Assembly (NCBI RefSeq): GCF_000150275.1
Contig: NW_002060948.1
Span: 5,254,336 to 5,318,335, forward strand
Direction: 5' to 3'
DNA length: 64,000 nucleotides
Source: Trichoplax adhaerens
Lineage: Eukaryota; Animalia; Placozoa
In this document: positions 23,658 through 38,374 of the stretch, in pieces
How the letters are laid out: every line of letters begins with the position of its first letter
Numbering within the stretch: the first letter of the stretch is position 1
Notes under the pieces: model-generated
Databases searched by the model: none
What the model was told of the DNA's origin: nothing
What the model saw: only the letters and a program-made list of their open reading frames with translations
Program-made: the position numbers and the translations under genes

Positions 23658-26600
23658 CTAAAGATAAAAAATGCCAGTTTATCAATTGAAATTATATCAG
23701 ATTTCGTCAAATGGTCTACCAAAGGTACAAATTGCCAAGAATAAATTAGAAGCAAATGGCATTTATTTGATACGAAATGTTTCAGATACAACACAGTAAT
23801 TTTAAATATTTCAGCCAAAACATTACTAAATCTGCAGCTATGGACTCTTTATGCCGCAGAATTAGTCATTTATTAATTAGCCACGATGGAAATGGTTGAA
23901 AGTGGAATAGTAATTTTTTAGTTATTCACGTAATTAGATATATTGATGGATATCTATTCTACTAAGATATTAAATTTTAGTTTCAGACATTCAAAGATAA
24001 AAATAATCTCTCGACTCCACTGATAAGAATCAATCAAATATAATCAGTATAGTAAAGCTTATTAATTTATGGATGCTAGTATCCAAAATAGGGTTTGGAA
24101 TCATGTAGTCAATTCATGATCTGGTCGTATAGTCCAATTTAATACGTTAAATTAAGCGAGAAGTTAATCTCAGGCTGTGGAAACGATAAATATATTTAAC
24201 GATCGTAAGCTAGACCATCAATTATGGTGAATAAATGTTGTTTGAAATAGCAAAGTATCTGCAGCGGCTACATACAGTCAATAACAAAAATGACCTAGGT
24301 GAATATGTAACGGATAAACATGATATGACAACGTTCTGTTAGTAAAGCGTTCTTTATGAGTTGATTTACTTTAAAGGAAAATTTCGAAATAGATTAAGCA
24401 GACCTCGAAAATAAATATGTTCCTGATTAATAGTATCAGAATAGATGAATTAGACTGGTAGTAACTCATCACTTCTATCAAAATTATTGCTGTCATGTAA
24501 TCGATCGCTGAGACATAGTAAGCGATATTAATTGCCGTTATCGCATAGCAAAATACAGATTAAGCGTAAAATCAAGCAATAGATACTCTATTTTACCACT
24601 TTTATCTTTGAATTCTCCATTTAAATATTAGTATTTATGAGCAAATTCGATGAAGCTTTATGTCCTCCAACGTCTGATAATTTGTGATGATGTGACAAAA
24701 GAATATAAAAATAAACGTAACGGTAATAGACATTAGAAATCACTGACTGAGAAAAGCTAAAGGATAGAAAAGATAATTTACATGATTTGTATTCAATAAG
24801 ATTCATTCAACTACTATGCGAACTATAGTTGTAGTAAAAATACGTCAGATAAAGCACAATACAAATCTTATTTCTTTATTTTTTACCCCCAACATAGAAT
24901 CGGCCTGCCTACCAGACTTCTTTTATTGCTAATAATAGACATTATTCTAAACGATATTGACTTTCTAGTTAAGGCCTTACAAGGATATTGTTTCAATTCA
25001 GTGTTGATATATTATTATTTCAGGTGGTAAATTTCCATAACAACCCTTGAAAACTGTATTTATTGATACGGTTTCAATAACTATCGGCTTAGAGCAAGGA
25101 TAGAAACTAATCCGAGGCAAGAAACGTTACTCATGCCCTTTAATTTTAATGGTGAGCACATGCATCGATATTAGCTTTGAATTAACTATATCATCTATAT
25201 TCCAGTATTATGACCACAAACAAAGCATTAAATAATAACCAACCATTCATGCAAAGAACAAAATTTGGTTTTATAGCTAAATGTTTTGAAATTTTCTACC
25301 GCCAATTGCAGTATAGTTTCATATTTGGTTAAAAAACAATGTAGCATATCGCTATACCAACTATTAATGCTATTAGTTTTTCGAAGTTCATTAGAGTTGA
25401 TTTCTGTCACAAAACAGCTTTGCAACAAGATAACGTAATCTACGATCAATAAGTCAATTCCTTGAACTACGTATCAAGGAACGATATCTGCACTATCACG
25501 AGCACTTTTGCTCTACTAGCAGACTACACAAAGACTTAAACGCCTCGTATTTTACGTTAAACACTAAGTTGGACAATTCTCTTTATTTCACGATATACTG
25601 CATTTATATACTATTCCTCAATAGTTCATGAGTCATAGTTAATACAATTAACATTAGAATCATTTACTGAATTGGATATTAATTTTAGCTACTGCTCTCT
25701 TAATGCAGACAACAGTATTTACGAACATAGACATGTAATAACTAATACAGAATAGTCAGATTACGATATGTCCTATCACGGAACATTTCCATGATAATTT
25801 ACAGTCTATCATAAGTAAATTACAATCACAATGATTCGAACTGTAAGCAGATGATTTGCATTCCCTATTATAACTATTATAATTTCAGTATGTGTATAAG
25901 TGTCACTGTCATAAAAGTCAGTGCTATATTAAAATACAGTATATCCAAATTAGAAGTTAACTAAATAAGGATAGTCTAACAGAATTATCCTAACATAGTT
26001 ATTTCTACTGTAATACAGTATTTAACACTGTAACAATTTCGCTGTTGGTTTTCAGTTGAAAAGTGTAATATAACTTATGATTTACAAACTATGTTATGTA
26101 GCTTCTAAGTTAGTGTTGAATTAATAAGGCTTAATTTAAAGAATGGAAATTTTTCTAATTTCGATAATCAACGTTTTTACTTGCATACCTTATAGTAAGT
26201 TGATTTTGCAAAGCATTTATTACATAAAAGTGGTATGGTTATTGCATAAGTAAGCTACTAATTTGAATATCTGCCTTCGGGAACCTCAAAGCCTTGAAAA
26301 TGTTAGAAATTACTTTATTCTCAAGGTCATAAACAAACATTAATTATTAATGCACTGAAATTTAAAAATTGTGCATATGTATTGTCTTCATCGTAAAAAA
26401 GTAGGAAATAGCATTTACGATTTTAGCATGTGCTAACCTTAAAAGTAACCAGTAGTGTATCATAGCCTTTATCCAGGAATTGATAGTATTAGTACAGGCA
26501 AAGATGGTTACTAGACATACTACTATCTGTTAATGCGATAAATTATATCATTGTACCGGTTTCATTATACATTTACACCACGCGAATACAATATGGCAAA

Positions 26601-26963
26601 AATATTATATTAATACTATGCCATGCTCTGTAAGGAAAACGTTTTTAAAGGATAAAAATTTTAATATGCTCGTATAAGCTATCAGTATTAGAAACGAATA
26701 TTATATCGTACTGTCACGGTACGAACTACCGTGAAGAAATAGCTATCTAAATTTGGTTAAGATAATATAGTGATATTATATTACAACTAGTTACTTACAA
26801 TAGGAATTACTCTAATTATAAATTTGTTACAGTGAATTTAATGCTGTGCTGTAATGTGTACTGAAATGATTCTGTGAATGGACATATTGTATTGCGACTG
26901 TGAAAAATTAGTTAGTAGATAACTCGTGAATGTTAGCTGCTGTAGCAGGGTATATAAGCCCTT

Positions 26964-27124
26964 CAGATAGTTGAATAAAGTAGTTCTCAATTGTCTAGTT
27001 GAGTTTAACGTAGAATCAAAGACGTCTAAATTCTTGTGAGGTAGTTAAGGGATACTGAATCCCGGAGACTATAGTAATTTAGAGATTTGTTTTACGTTAT
27101 CCTTGTCACGAAGCTGGTTTGTGA
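26964..27124 (+). repeat. Dispersed ~160-bp repeat, copy B
   Basis: Diverged direct copy of 20231-20385. Confidence 0.9.
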
Positions 27125-30100
27125 CACGTACTTATTCTATTACCTAGAATTTATACTCTATACGGGTGATAATAAAATAAGACTTTAAATTTAATCGTGT
27201 GAAAGTTCAGTTAAATATATTCAGATTATCTGTATGTTAATAATATCGGAACCTGTATTTCATTAGTAATTGCATTCTTGATGAAATAAAAACAGTAAAG
27301 GTAAACGCGTAAATTTAAAGTCAATTTCGTGATGAGCGTAGCTGCCGAATAAATTTAACAGTTTCTTGACGTAATATCGATGAGAAAATTTACTAGTATT
27401 AAAATAAAGCTGAAAAATATAATTTCATATCTCATTCTTCAATATTTCATAATTGTAACGTTACCTTTTCTGTATTTTACCATCAATGATTTCTATCGAC
27501 AAGAAATAGTTCATAAATCTGTCGTTAATTAATTATTATAAAGCATAAAGTGACGGAAGAATTGATAATATCGTTCGATCGACCGTAATTTAGATCCCAC
27601 TCATAGTAGTTCTCGCTTCACGGAATACCACTAAAGCAATATCTACTCTCTAACTCTCATTTAATTCAATAGGGATAAATATTTTAATACCATCTATTAT
27701 AAATCCATCTATATTTATTGCCCTCATTAGGATTACCACTAATCAAAATGGTTAGAATGTCAATGGAGATTGCTCAACCCAGACAGCTATCGTAGTCAAG
27801 TTTGTAGATGTAGTATAGTATGATGTGCTCGAATATCGGTAGCGAGGACGTCAACAGAAAATGCTAGGTAATCTAGTAGATTCCTACGAAGCATAATAAA
27901 TGCAAAATTCTAGGAAATATCGTACTTTCCTTACACGTCGGTAAAATAAATAAAAAGTGATGAATACTACGATAGTACATATTTAAAATTAACACCATTA
28001 ATCAATTTCATACCATTTCGTGAGATTCCATATCGAACCATCTCTGCTGGATATACAATATTGAAAATTTTTACTATTTACAAATCTACGATTGATGTAC
28101 TTGAATTCTGAAGATTTTCTTAACTTTCTGTTCAACATTGCATTTGTTTTCATTTAGATAGATTAAAAATATTAAGGTGGCAATTATGCCCATTACCGCG
28201 ATTAAAACTTATATTCTTAGCTATCAACTAGATTAGAAATGAATAATTCTTATTAAAATTCGTGTCACTTCAACGAGATAAGCGGATATTTCTATGACTC
28301 CAATCAGCTTGTTCGGAAACCATTCTATGTTAAATTTAGACTCAATAAGGCTTACGCCTGACTAGATATCGATAGAAATTCAAATTTGGCTTAGATACAG
28401 CAGGCAAAGTCGTCTGTATAGGCACAACGACGATAGAACCACACAGATGCCAATACACAATCAAAAATTTTGATTTGTTAAATATCAATAAACATCCAAT
28501 CTAGCAATTGCTTTACGATTAATAGCTGTATTCTTTCCAATAGCTTCTCTAATAAAGCATCATTTAAAATTCTTAGTAACAGACGCTGTATCAGATTGAT
28601 TGTAAATACATTGTGTCAAATTTTCCCTAACACTGCGTATCGAAGGTGCCATATAATAATTTTAAATCTCCGGAGTGGCTTAGTATAGTATGTAAAATTG
28701 AATTACAGTATTTTTACCTCCATCTCTTTTAAATCATTCATTATATTTAAGACACCAGTAAAACCTACGTATACCAGCAACTAACTAATCTAACTGAAAT
28801 CTTATAACTGGTACTAGAGTAAACTGCATAATTAGCCTCTAGGTAAGTTATTTGCTTTTCATATGTATGTCTTCTATGATAGCTTTCAATATTGTCTGTT
28901 CGCAATGACATAATTCCCCAATAATAATAATAAGAAATATCGTAGCGTATTTTGAGTTTACCTATTAAATTGCAATTATTTTTTGGGCAAAATACCATTC
29001 TAGCTTAGATTGCCAGTACATTTCTAATTTTGGCCGCAATTTTAATGACAAGGCGAAATCTACCGAATACTTACATTCATCCAAATTCATGAAATCTTGA
29101 AGAAATATTCAATACTGGAGTGATTCTATAAGGTATCTTATTAGCATTTCAAGCCTTAAACTAAAATCTATCTTCTTTTCCTTGTATTAAGGAAACAGAT
29201 CAATGTTAGCCATTAATAATAATACGATAAGTCGGCGAAAATCATTAACGACTAATCGATCATAATAATTAATACTATTATAGCCTTTCATAAATGTGAC
29301 TAATTGTATAGCTTTAACGATACTAAAGCAACGCATGATTAGTGATAAATTACTGTCAAATCGATGTTAAAATATAAAAGTACAAAAATTTCATACCAAT
29401 TGCTTAAAATTAAATATTTTTCTTTATTCTCGTAATGAGCAGCTTCAGTAAAGTACAAACTATTATTATAAGATACCATCTACTCTCACATGTAAAGTAT
29501 TAGTTTACGCTAACGCTTTCCGATTTTGTTCGCGTTATTTTTCAAATCATGTGATCTTATTTTCGAGCGCAAAAATCACTCTATCAATGAATTTCTTTAG
29601 TTTACAGACTATCTTACTACCATCTATAAAAAATTTCAACTTCAAACCGGTATCGTCAAAATCGAATTATGTAGGCAATTAAACTATAAAATTTGACAAT
29701 ATCTACAATATCAAGATATATTTTGCTAACTATGACATAATATTTTCATTGATCGCTTCCTGCATCATTTCATTTTTTGTAATATATGATAAAGTGATTA
29801 ATAAGAAATCTTGGAGAAAAACAACGATAATTCGACAAAGAATTGTTAGTCATCCGTTAAGCCTTGTCATCGTCTTAAAATTCTTACGTGATTACGTTTA
29901 CTTCCGTAATTTTTCTGTCCATAGACTATAAATATTCTTAAATATTACAATTACTATAAGTATTTCCGTAAGATTTATCTTGTCATTATTTAGTAGTTCA
30001 TCCCACGGATGCTATGTACGCAAATATGCTATTTTATTACTAGCTGAACTTAGGATGTGACGTGAAAACTAAACTTTATACATTGAATCAGTGATTTTGC

Positions 30101-33100
30101 GTTGCAAAGAATGATAAAAAAGAAGCTGCATGTTTTGCGTTTGAAACTACATCAACTTTCATGTTCTTATTGTCCGAACTAACTAAGCATTTCCTGTAAA
30201 CATGAGCAATGTTATAATGTAATATTACATGAAGATATGGCGCAATCCTTTAGATAAATTTAGTTTTAATATGGAGTCACGGTATACTTTTATTTAGGTT
30301 ATCATATTTCTTGATTGTCCTATCCATTACGAAGAAGTAAAACAAACTGTAGATTTAGTTAATTAGAGCGAAGAATGATTTATGCTTAACCCTATTTATC
30401 ATTGATAATAAACTAGTTTGCGTGATAAATATAAAAACAGATATTATTGCTTTATTAGTTAAATTATCAAATTTTAATTTTTCCTATTTATGTATTACAT
30501 TATATGCATTATATCAATATAATAAGGTAATCCATCCGCAAACATTTCAGGCCTCGACTCCTCTTAGGAATGTGTAGAATCATTTGTATGTTTGCAGATA
30601 GTATGTTCCAAATCCACTACTTATTTGCTAAAGCAAATAGACTGCATTACTTTAAAGTATTAATCGATTAAACCTCTATGGTTTACAGATGAAATCAAAT
30701 TTTAGAATCACTTTGATCGGTACCGATACTTTCGCTAAAAGTAATGAAGAATAGCTTCCGGTATCAATTTTACTTGAATTGGTTTTACCGCTTTTTCTAA
30801 ACCCTTTTATTATCTAACTTTAGCAAATTAAAAATAATTTATGAACCTGAAATGATCATCTTCATACACTGAACAATTATAGAATATAAACTTTGAACAA
30901 GTGCTATATTCAAATAATTTATACAATCTAAAACCCGAGATAAGATAACACGAAAACTTAAAATAGATAATTCGTAAATATTAAACAAAATATTGTAGTT
31001 TATTTTATCTTCAATTACTAATGGGTCTTTATAATGCTGAACGTTATGCTACGTTGGAAAAGATATTTATAAGTGTAGACGAAATAAGGTACAATGATTA
31101 AAATCTGCCAACTTTTTATCGCGTCAAGCAATGTTGGAAGTAAAACTTACATAAAATATTTGTGCGCTATGATAAATTGTTGGAGAGATTATGCTTTAAG
31201 TTATATTAACTTATGAGAAAGTTTTTTATCGTGACTGCTAAGGATTTATTGTTAGCATTTAGGATAAGATGAATATCTAAGTATTACTTTTAAAATACGA
31301 TCGACGAATATTTGTAGGTGCATAGAAAGTATTATCATCCTTCCCAGCTTTTCCGGAATGATTCTTAATCTAAAGATAATAGAAATCACTTAATAGCGGT
31401 AAAATGCCATTTTTTATTCCAATTCAATGGATAAATGCCAACTATAGTCGTAAGTACGATTATCAAATTTTCTGTGAACATCCATAGCTGGATATCCGCA
31501 TTTTATGTAGAATTTCGTAAAATCATATCTTACACTACGTTAATGCTATTATATTAAGATCGTGCTATTACTGTCCTAGTTGGAAGGAAATTACAATTGA
31601 ATAGTTGCGATATCCTTGAAAGAACAACAATAATGGCTTCTAACAGAAAGTTAATCATGCTAATCGATCTTTTTCTCTACAATTTGCTTAATTGTACTGC
31701 GCACTATCATTTTCGGGAGAAGGAAGGATTACCATATTGCATTTATCTTCGATTTAAAAGAAAAAAGAGAACAAGTATAGTAATAAATCACTACGCAAAG
31801 AAACTTTTCCCGAAAGTAGATATCATGTTTAATGCTAACTCTGCTAGAAGATACAAGATAATTATCTTTGTAAAGCAATTCCCTTAGAATTTAATTCATA
31901 AATCTACGATAGGATTAAAAATCGTAATTTAATCAATAAATGTATTTTTAGCTCTAATCATCTAACGCGAGATTATAGATATCGATCAGAATATGGCTTG
32001 TAGGATATAACAGGCACAGTTGTACCTGCAAATCAAACTAGAACTAGTATTAAAAGGTACGTTCAATTTATTGTGGGCTACAAGGTAGATTTGCTAGCTG
32101 ATACTGATTAAAGTATAACAGGTACATCAGATTACCTACTATGTCAAAATCTCGGTCGTAAGTTAATTGTAAATCTTTAAAATTAGATTTACTTAATGAA
32201 CTTAGATTTGATAACTATAAATCGCAATCATTTTAAATATTTGAATAGATGTAAATTTTCCTTCCATTTTCAGGCATCTTTCCTAATAGATTATTTGAAA
32301 CACTTATAATAATTGGATTATTTAATACATAAAAATTAAACCTGCTTTGTTCTAGATACGTTCACTTCTTTCAATGTGGGAAAAGAAATAATATTTTAGT
32401 AAAATTTATGATGAAATTGCTTATTATTAAATATTGCATATGCTGGGTTTTTCTACCAGCAGACATATTATAGAACTGCTAAATAGCAGCACGAATATTA
32501 TTTCATGATTCTTCCAAATAAATTCATTCATATGTTTGATCAAGTATTGCAAAATCTTTTATTTCAACATGCCAGCAATTTTACAGACCGTGATAAAATC
32601 ATTGTCTAAATTTTGGCATTCTTTTAAGAAGATTTCTTCTTGTCGTCAATAAAAGGACATATCATGATAGGTAGCTAATTCTTTGTATATTAAATGTTAC
32701 TGTCTAGAATCATCCTTCTGTTTCCTTCATGAAAATTTTAAATTCGTCAAAAATATTGCAGCTTATGATTAAGATAAAATTTAAAGTAAATGCTATTAAT
32801 GCAATATTTGAAGCTAAGAAGCGGGTTACCAAGTTAAGCAGAAAGTTCAACATAGTATTATATAGCAACATTAGACATAACGTATCGATTATATTTCACA
32901 GCATAGCTGCCACTGTTGCGCATTCTTTCTATCGGAGCATATTGTATTGCTAGTACTATGCAGCATGATTTTAGCTCCTATTTGTCAATTAATGATAGTT
33001 AGCAACTTAATTAACCAAATGATGTGAAACGCAGGAATTCGACCAGACAATACACGGAACTTCTGTTAGAACGTCTATTAATGTGTATGAGTTCATAGAC

Positions 33101-36100
33101 AGAGAAAAAATTAAATCTGTGCAATATTATGCCTAAAAGCCTAGCATAAAAATATTAGCGACAAAACATACAGTAACATCAAATTTCCAGATACAATAAC
33201 AGGAAATAATTTACTAAGACAGTAACATCAATGTAGAATAGTAATGCTGGGCTTCTGGGGGTTGATAATATAGAGAGAATAAATCGGAAAAAGTTAAAAT
33301 ATCTACATTTATTTGACTGAACTGTAAATTGTGGTTACACTTATCTTCAATGAAATAGTATAGTATGAATAACAGGAAATAAAGGTTAAGCGTGATATAG
33401 ATCTGAACGATAAAAAATAAAGACAAGTGCTTATAGATAATTTATTCTAATCATGAAAGTTATTGTTAATAAAATGAAGACCGTAGAAAGGGATATTGAA
33501 ATTGATCCTGTAGCCATTGATATTAAAAGCCATTACTTAGCTAGATCTCAATTTATAAACGGGTAAGTTTATGGCATGATTATTAATTTTGACATCATAT
33601 CTGTTACTGGTATATTTCAATCTAATTTTAAATTAAAATTAAGAACTTAGCAACAGTAAATATGCTATTAATGGTCTGAAAGGTTGTGGGAAATAGGAAG
33701 TAATAAATATGCTTCAATCCAAGTTGTTATCACTTTCTTGACAACATAACTTCTCACTTGTAATAAATCTAGATTTTGGTGAATTGCTACAATGCAATTT
33801 ATGGAAGGATTGAATTAGGTTGATCAGATCTAGATTTAGATAGAATGAAAGGAAAATAGATCGATAAGAAATCGAGACAGTAAATGTGAAAGTATCAATC
33901 CAGCTGAAAAGCAATAGATAATGAATAGATGATTGAATTATCTTTCAATTCGAATGGTAGGCAAAAACATTGACTGGCAATAAACAGTTGCGCCAACTAT
34001 GACATAATAAACTTGTAATAAAATTGTTCACTTTCTACCCAATAAAATCTAAACGGATATCTTTATTTCAAAATAAAGTAGAACAGTGGTCCTAATTCGA
34101 TAGATAAATAATCGTGTAAAATCATGCATGCGTAAATAGCATTATCCTTCGATGAATTCCGTTTTGGTAGTCTAACCTGAGGATAAGGAAGGAGATATGT
34201 AATCTTACTCATATTATATAAACTATTGCGCAATTTATAAGGAATATTATCTAAAGCTGATAATGGTAACTTCTTGGATTTGATTTCATATTTTTTACGA
34301 TCTAATTTCATTTCCTGGTCGTTGTTTATAATCAATAGCATCGTCAATGATTGCAATGTCAATATCACACTCACTTCTCCTCTTACTAACTTGAATAATT
34401 GCTGCATTGCCATAGGCATCGTTACCAATAGCCACTTGCAGATGTTTCTTTCATGGTTAAATTAATTTTGTTTTGAAATCGGTGATTGTATCATAATAAT
34501 ATTTTAATCGCAAGACAAACTTTAGACCTGAGATTTAATTTTTTACCTGATTACTACTTATTATCTTTGTTGTCTGATTATTTTATTGTTATTGCTAGCC
34601 ATAATACTATAGCTTACTGTTAAATTATTTCTACGTTTTGAAATTGTTACCAGACTTACACTGCTTGCAATTAACGTTATAATGAAAACGATTTAATGAC
34701 ATAAGTATTTTCTGGACAACTTCAAATTACGAAACTTATCTAAGCAGATTAACTAGACAATATGCTGATGTAAACACAAATCATTTTACTTATGGTAATT
34801 TATTTTAAGTGGCTGCCTGAGAGAAGGAGAGAAAGCACTTGAAATAATACGTGTATTAACAATGTAGTTTTAACTCCGGATTTGAAATCTTTCGTCATCA
34901 TTCCTCTTATTATTTCCAATCTTCCCTACTCATTTAATTTATAGTAGAAACAACATGCTGTACCTGACGCCGTCAATACTGTTTTAAGAAATTTCTAAGG
35001 ATATAATAATCCCAAGTGTGTTCAAAGTGCTGTCAGTATTATCCTTAGAATAAATATGAGCTTAAAGAATGTTTAAGAGTGTAGAAATGAGAATTCTTTG
35101 CGGATATAACATTTTAGAGTGTGTAGTAAACTCTTCTTTCTTTATGTAATTAATAATTTGCGGATATCGTTTTTCGATATTGATCTGAATTAACAAAATG
35201 ATATTTTAATTATAATTTTTGTATCCTAACCATAGATTTAGTTATAGGTAAAAGTCGATTATAATACTATAATACGCAATAATTCCAACCTGAGATACTG
35301 CCGTTAAGGTAAGATACGAATCTAAGATAGCTTCACCATCAAAAATTACTCATTATTGACTATTTGATTAATTGATTAATCCTTTTAGGAAGTAAAATAT
35401 TTACATTTTTTTAGGGAGAAAGGGGGGAGTTTGGAGAGGGGAGAAGATCATTAATTGAATAAGGAATTTACTGTATCAAGTATAGCGTAAATTATTTTCC
35501 GTTTATAGATAAGTTATGAAATGGTCAGGATCGTATTTCTCTCCAGCGAAAAATGCGATTTCAGAGGAGAGAGACAAAAATGAAAGTACGAAAGAAGAAA
35601 AATAAAATTCAATCAGGGTATCAAGCTATCAGTATTATTCCATATTTGCCCTGTATATAAATGAGGTTTCAATTAATAGGTTAATTTCAATTTTAAATCT
35701 ACCTTAAGGCAGATTAAGATTAAAGCATAACACCCACGAAATAATTTGTTGTCGCTTTCCAATCGATGTGAAAAGAATCAGACAATTTTTGCGCCATATG
35801 TGAAAGCAAAGTCCATTTCAATAGGCATAGATTGCAATTTGTATGGCAGGGGAATAATACGATATTATTCAAATCGATTCGATTTCTGCAATCAGTCAGA
35901 ATAATATCGATTTGTCAAGTTAACTACCTATCTAGACCGTTTGTTCATAGTTCATGGCCTTTAGGCGAAGGAAAAGAATTTCAGTGACTCCCACGCAACT
36001 CCCACAGATGCAATAAATTATGCAATTTTAGCCATTTTGATGTTAGATTGCAATTAAGGTACAGCTCCATGATGAAGGTCAGTTTAACGACCAAGTAGAA

Positions 36101-37397
36101 GCATCAAAGAGATGGCTACAAATTGAGTCTATAGCTGCCACTTTTTGAAACAATTCCCTTCATCGTTTTACATTGTTAGTTTATGCATGAAATACAAGCT
36201 ATAATGATATAATTCAATGTATAAGTTCAAATTATGCACGCCTATGATTGATTAATAGTATATCGGAAAGATGTTGAATAGTTGTTGTTATTGCTTATGT
36301 TGTGCAACTTGTGATTCCATTGATTTACCACTTGACAACTGTGAATCAGGAAATAGTTGATTCATTGAAATATATTTGATTTACATTTTGATGAATATCA
36401 CTGATTTGTCTGGCCATAGTTATGGAAGAAAATAATAAAAGTAAAGTATGTAGAAATGGCCAATAAGCGTTGCAAAATATTGCCAATAATAATTCTTTCC
36501 TTACAAAAGGGGCAGATAGAAAAACAAAAGAAAATGTTAGTCTTTGATAACCGATTAGCTAAATTAATATGACATTTATGAGATAGCTTGGTCTACAGTA
36601 ATTATCGAATTTCTTTGGTGGAAGAAGCAAAAACAATTTTTATAATTCTAAACTTATTACTGGTGATACTCTACATCTATTTGCTCCAGTATCCTCTTCA
36701 CTGCTAAGCATCATCGATGTAATCTATTTTATAGTCTTATTTTATAAGTGCTAGTTAACAAACACAATTACCATCAAATTATGCAGATAACCTGAATAGT
36801 CATGATTCGCCTATTTTAGCTATGTGGACAAAAATTAGATGGTACTACAGTTGTACCTAATCATGGATGGAATTGAAGATATCTCTTTATTTTATTTTTT
36901 ATTTCAACTTTTATTTTGATTTAACGATTGATTTTATCGTCTGTTGTTACTGGTTGGTATTCAATATAAAGGCTACTTTCAAATCCATTGATTGTACTCA
37001 TATTGTGTAGAACAATATCATATCGCTTATAAATTTATATTTAAAGGTGGATGATGCCTACCAATTCAATTAACTTGGCCAATTTCTACATGTGAATGAT
37101 TAAATCAATGATGGTGATGTCGATTGTTAACGATAAGTATTGTCTTGTTATTACAGACAAGATTCAAATTAGAATAGGTAAAAGACTTCGTTACATGAAT
37201 AAAGAGTCTGGAGGGATGATGATAGTTGTTGTTTTTATAAACCTCCCCTTGATATTGTTATCATTGTCGGAGGATGAACTTGACCACATAGCATTAGATC
37301 TACACCCACTTGGATACTATAACCTTATTAATATCAGCCGCAGGCAATCTATTGGGACACATTAACAACGTCTCTCGTCAAGGTAGGAAAGTGAAAG

Positions 37398-37457
37398 AGA
37401 AAGAAAGAAAGAAAGACACGTATAAAGTGTGCGAGAGAAGAGTCAAGTACTTATAAA
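37398..37457 (+). promoter_or_regulatory. Candidate core promoter: (GAAA)n tract and two TATAAA boxes
   Basis: TATAAA at 37421 and 37452, 65-96 bp upstream of the ATG at 37517. Motif match only, in an AT-rich background. Confidence 0.35.
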
Positions 37458-37516
37458 CCCTGCCAACAATTTATGCGGCATTATTTCTATTCATACATAC
37501 ATTTGATAATATTGAA

Positions 37517-38374
37517 ATGAAAATGTTAATGATGTACCAATTTGTTAATAATAACGATCCCAATATTACAAATTACTTACCATCATCAGCACCACCTCAA
37601 CCAACGATGACATCATCGGCAATATCAGCAAATGCAACTACATCCAATTATCCAGCCCATCGCTGTACCAAACGTCGTCGTAGTTCCTATACTATCGAAT
37701 TTAAAGTCCATGTAGTGGAAGCTTTTCGCCATTCCAATCAGCAAAATGTATCTAAAATTGCAACAGAATTTGGCATCGATCGTAAACGTGTACGTGAATG
37801 GAATTACACCTATGATAAATTGAAAAAAATGAGTGGTGATCTGCAAAAACGACGGCGAAAAGTTGAATTTTCAAGACAAGTTCGCTCTCGAGAAATTGAA
37901 GAAGGTGTGCTCAATTATTATTATCAGCAACGATCTGCTGGTCAAAGAGTCAAGAATAAAGACTTACAACAAATTGCATTATATATTGCACATAAAACGG
38001 GTATACCCGATTTTAAAGCTTCCAATATGTGGCTTTATCGTTGGAAAAAAAGGCATCATTTGCTGAATAAACCATCATCTGCAACAGCAGCTTTAGTTCG
38101 TGGTTATCAATCAACAGATCGTGTCCAAACTGCAGTACAGCAGCAACAGCAACAACAAGATCAACCACATCAACACCTTAAACATCAAGACCGGTTCTTC
38201 TATCAGGACAACGACGATGATGTAGATGATTATTACTATGATGATGAAGATGATGAAGACGATGAAAATGATGAAGATGATGAAGACGATGAAGATGATG
38301 AAGATGATAATGATGAAAATGATAATGATAACGAAAATGATGATAATGAGGAAGATGACGAGGATGATTATTAA
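37517..38374 (+). CDS. Pogo/Tigger-derived DNA-binding protein: Brinker/psq-type HTH + CENP-B(Tc5)-type HTH + Q-rich linker + acidic tail, with no DDE domain
   Basis: RRSSYTIEFKVHVVE...NVSKIATEFGIDRKRVREW is BrkDBD-like. EIEEGVLNYYYQQRSAGQRVKNKDLQQIALYIAHKTGIPDFKASNMWLYRWKKRH is an HTH CENP-B type with the FKAS-x-x-W-L-x-R-[WF]-K-x-R-H signature. Uninterrupted 285-aa ORF. Confidence 0.88.
   Translation: MKMLMMYQFVNNNDPNITNYLPSSAPPQPTMTSSAISANATTSNYPAHRCTKRRRSSYTIEFKVHVVEAFRHSNQQNVSKIATEFGIDRKRVREWNYTYDKLKKMSGDLQKRRRKVEFSRQVRSREIEEGVLNYYYQQRSAGQRVKNKDLQQIALYIAHKTGIPDFKASNMWLYRWKKRHHLLNKPSSATAALVRGYQSTDRVQTAVQQQQQQQDQPHQHLKHQDRFFYQDNDDDVDDYYYDDEDDEDDENDEDDEDDEDDEDDNDENDNDNENDDNEEDDEDDY
38207..38368 (+). 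repeat. Coding GAT/GAA/GAC/AAT trinucleotide-type repeat encoding the poly-D/E tail
   Basis: gatgatgaagatgatgaagacgatgaaaat..., with a recurring 9/18-bp period. Confidence 0.9.

Noticed and set aside
28363-32030. Weak similarity between 28363-28420 and 31976-32030 (tagatatcgat...tggctt...caggca)
   Set aside because: Too short and gapped to distinguish from chance by eye.
34063-34465. 121-aa minus and 63-aa plus ORFs
   Set aside because: No recognisable domain or supporting exon chain; composition is typical of AT-rich non-coding DNA.
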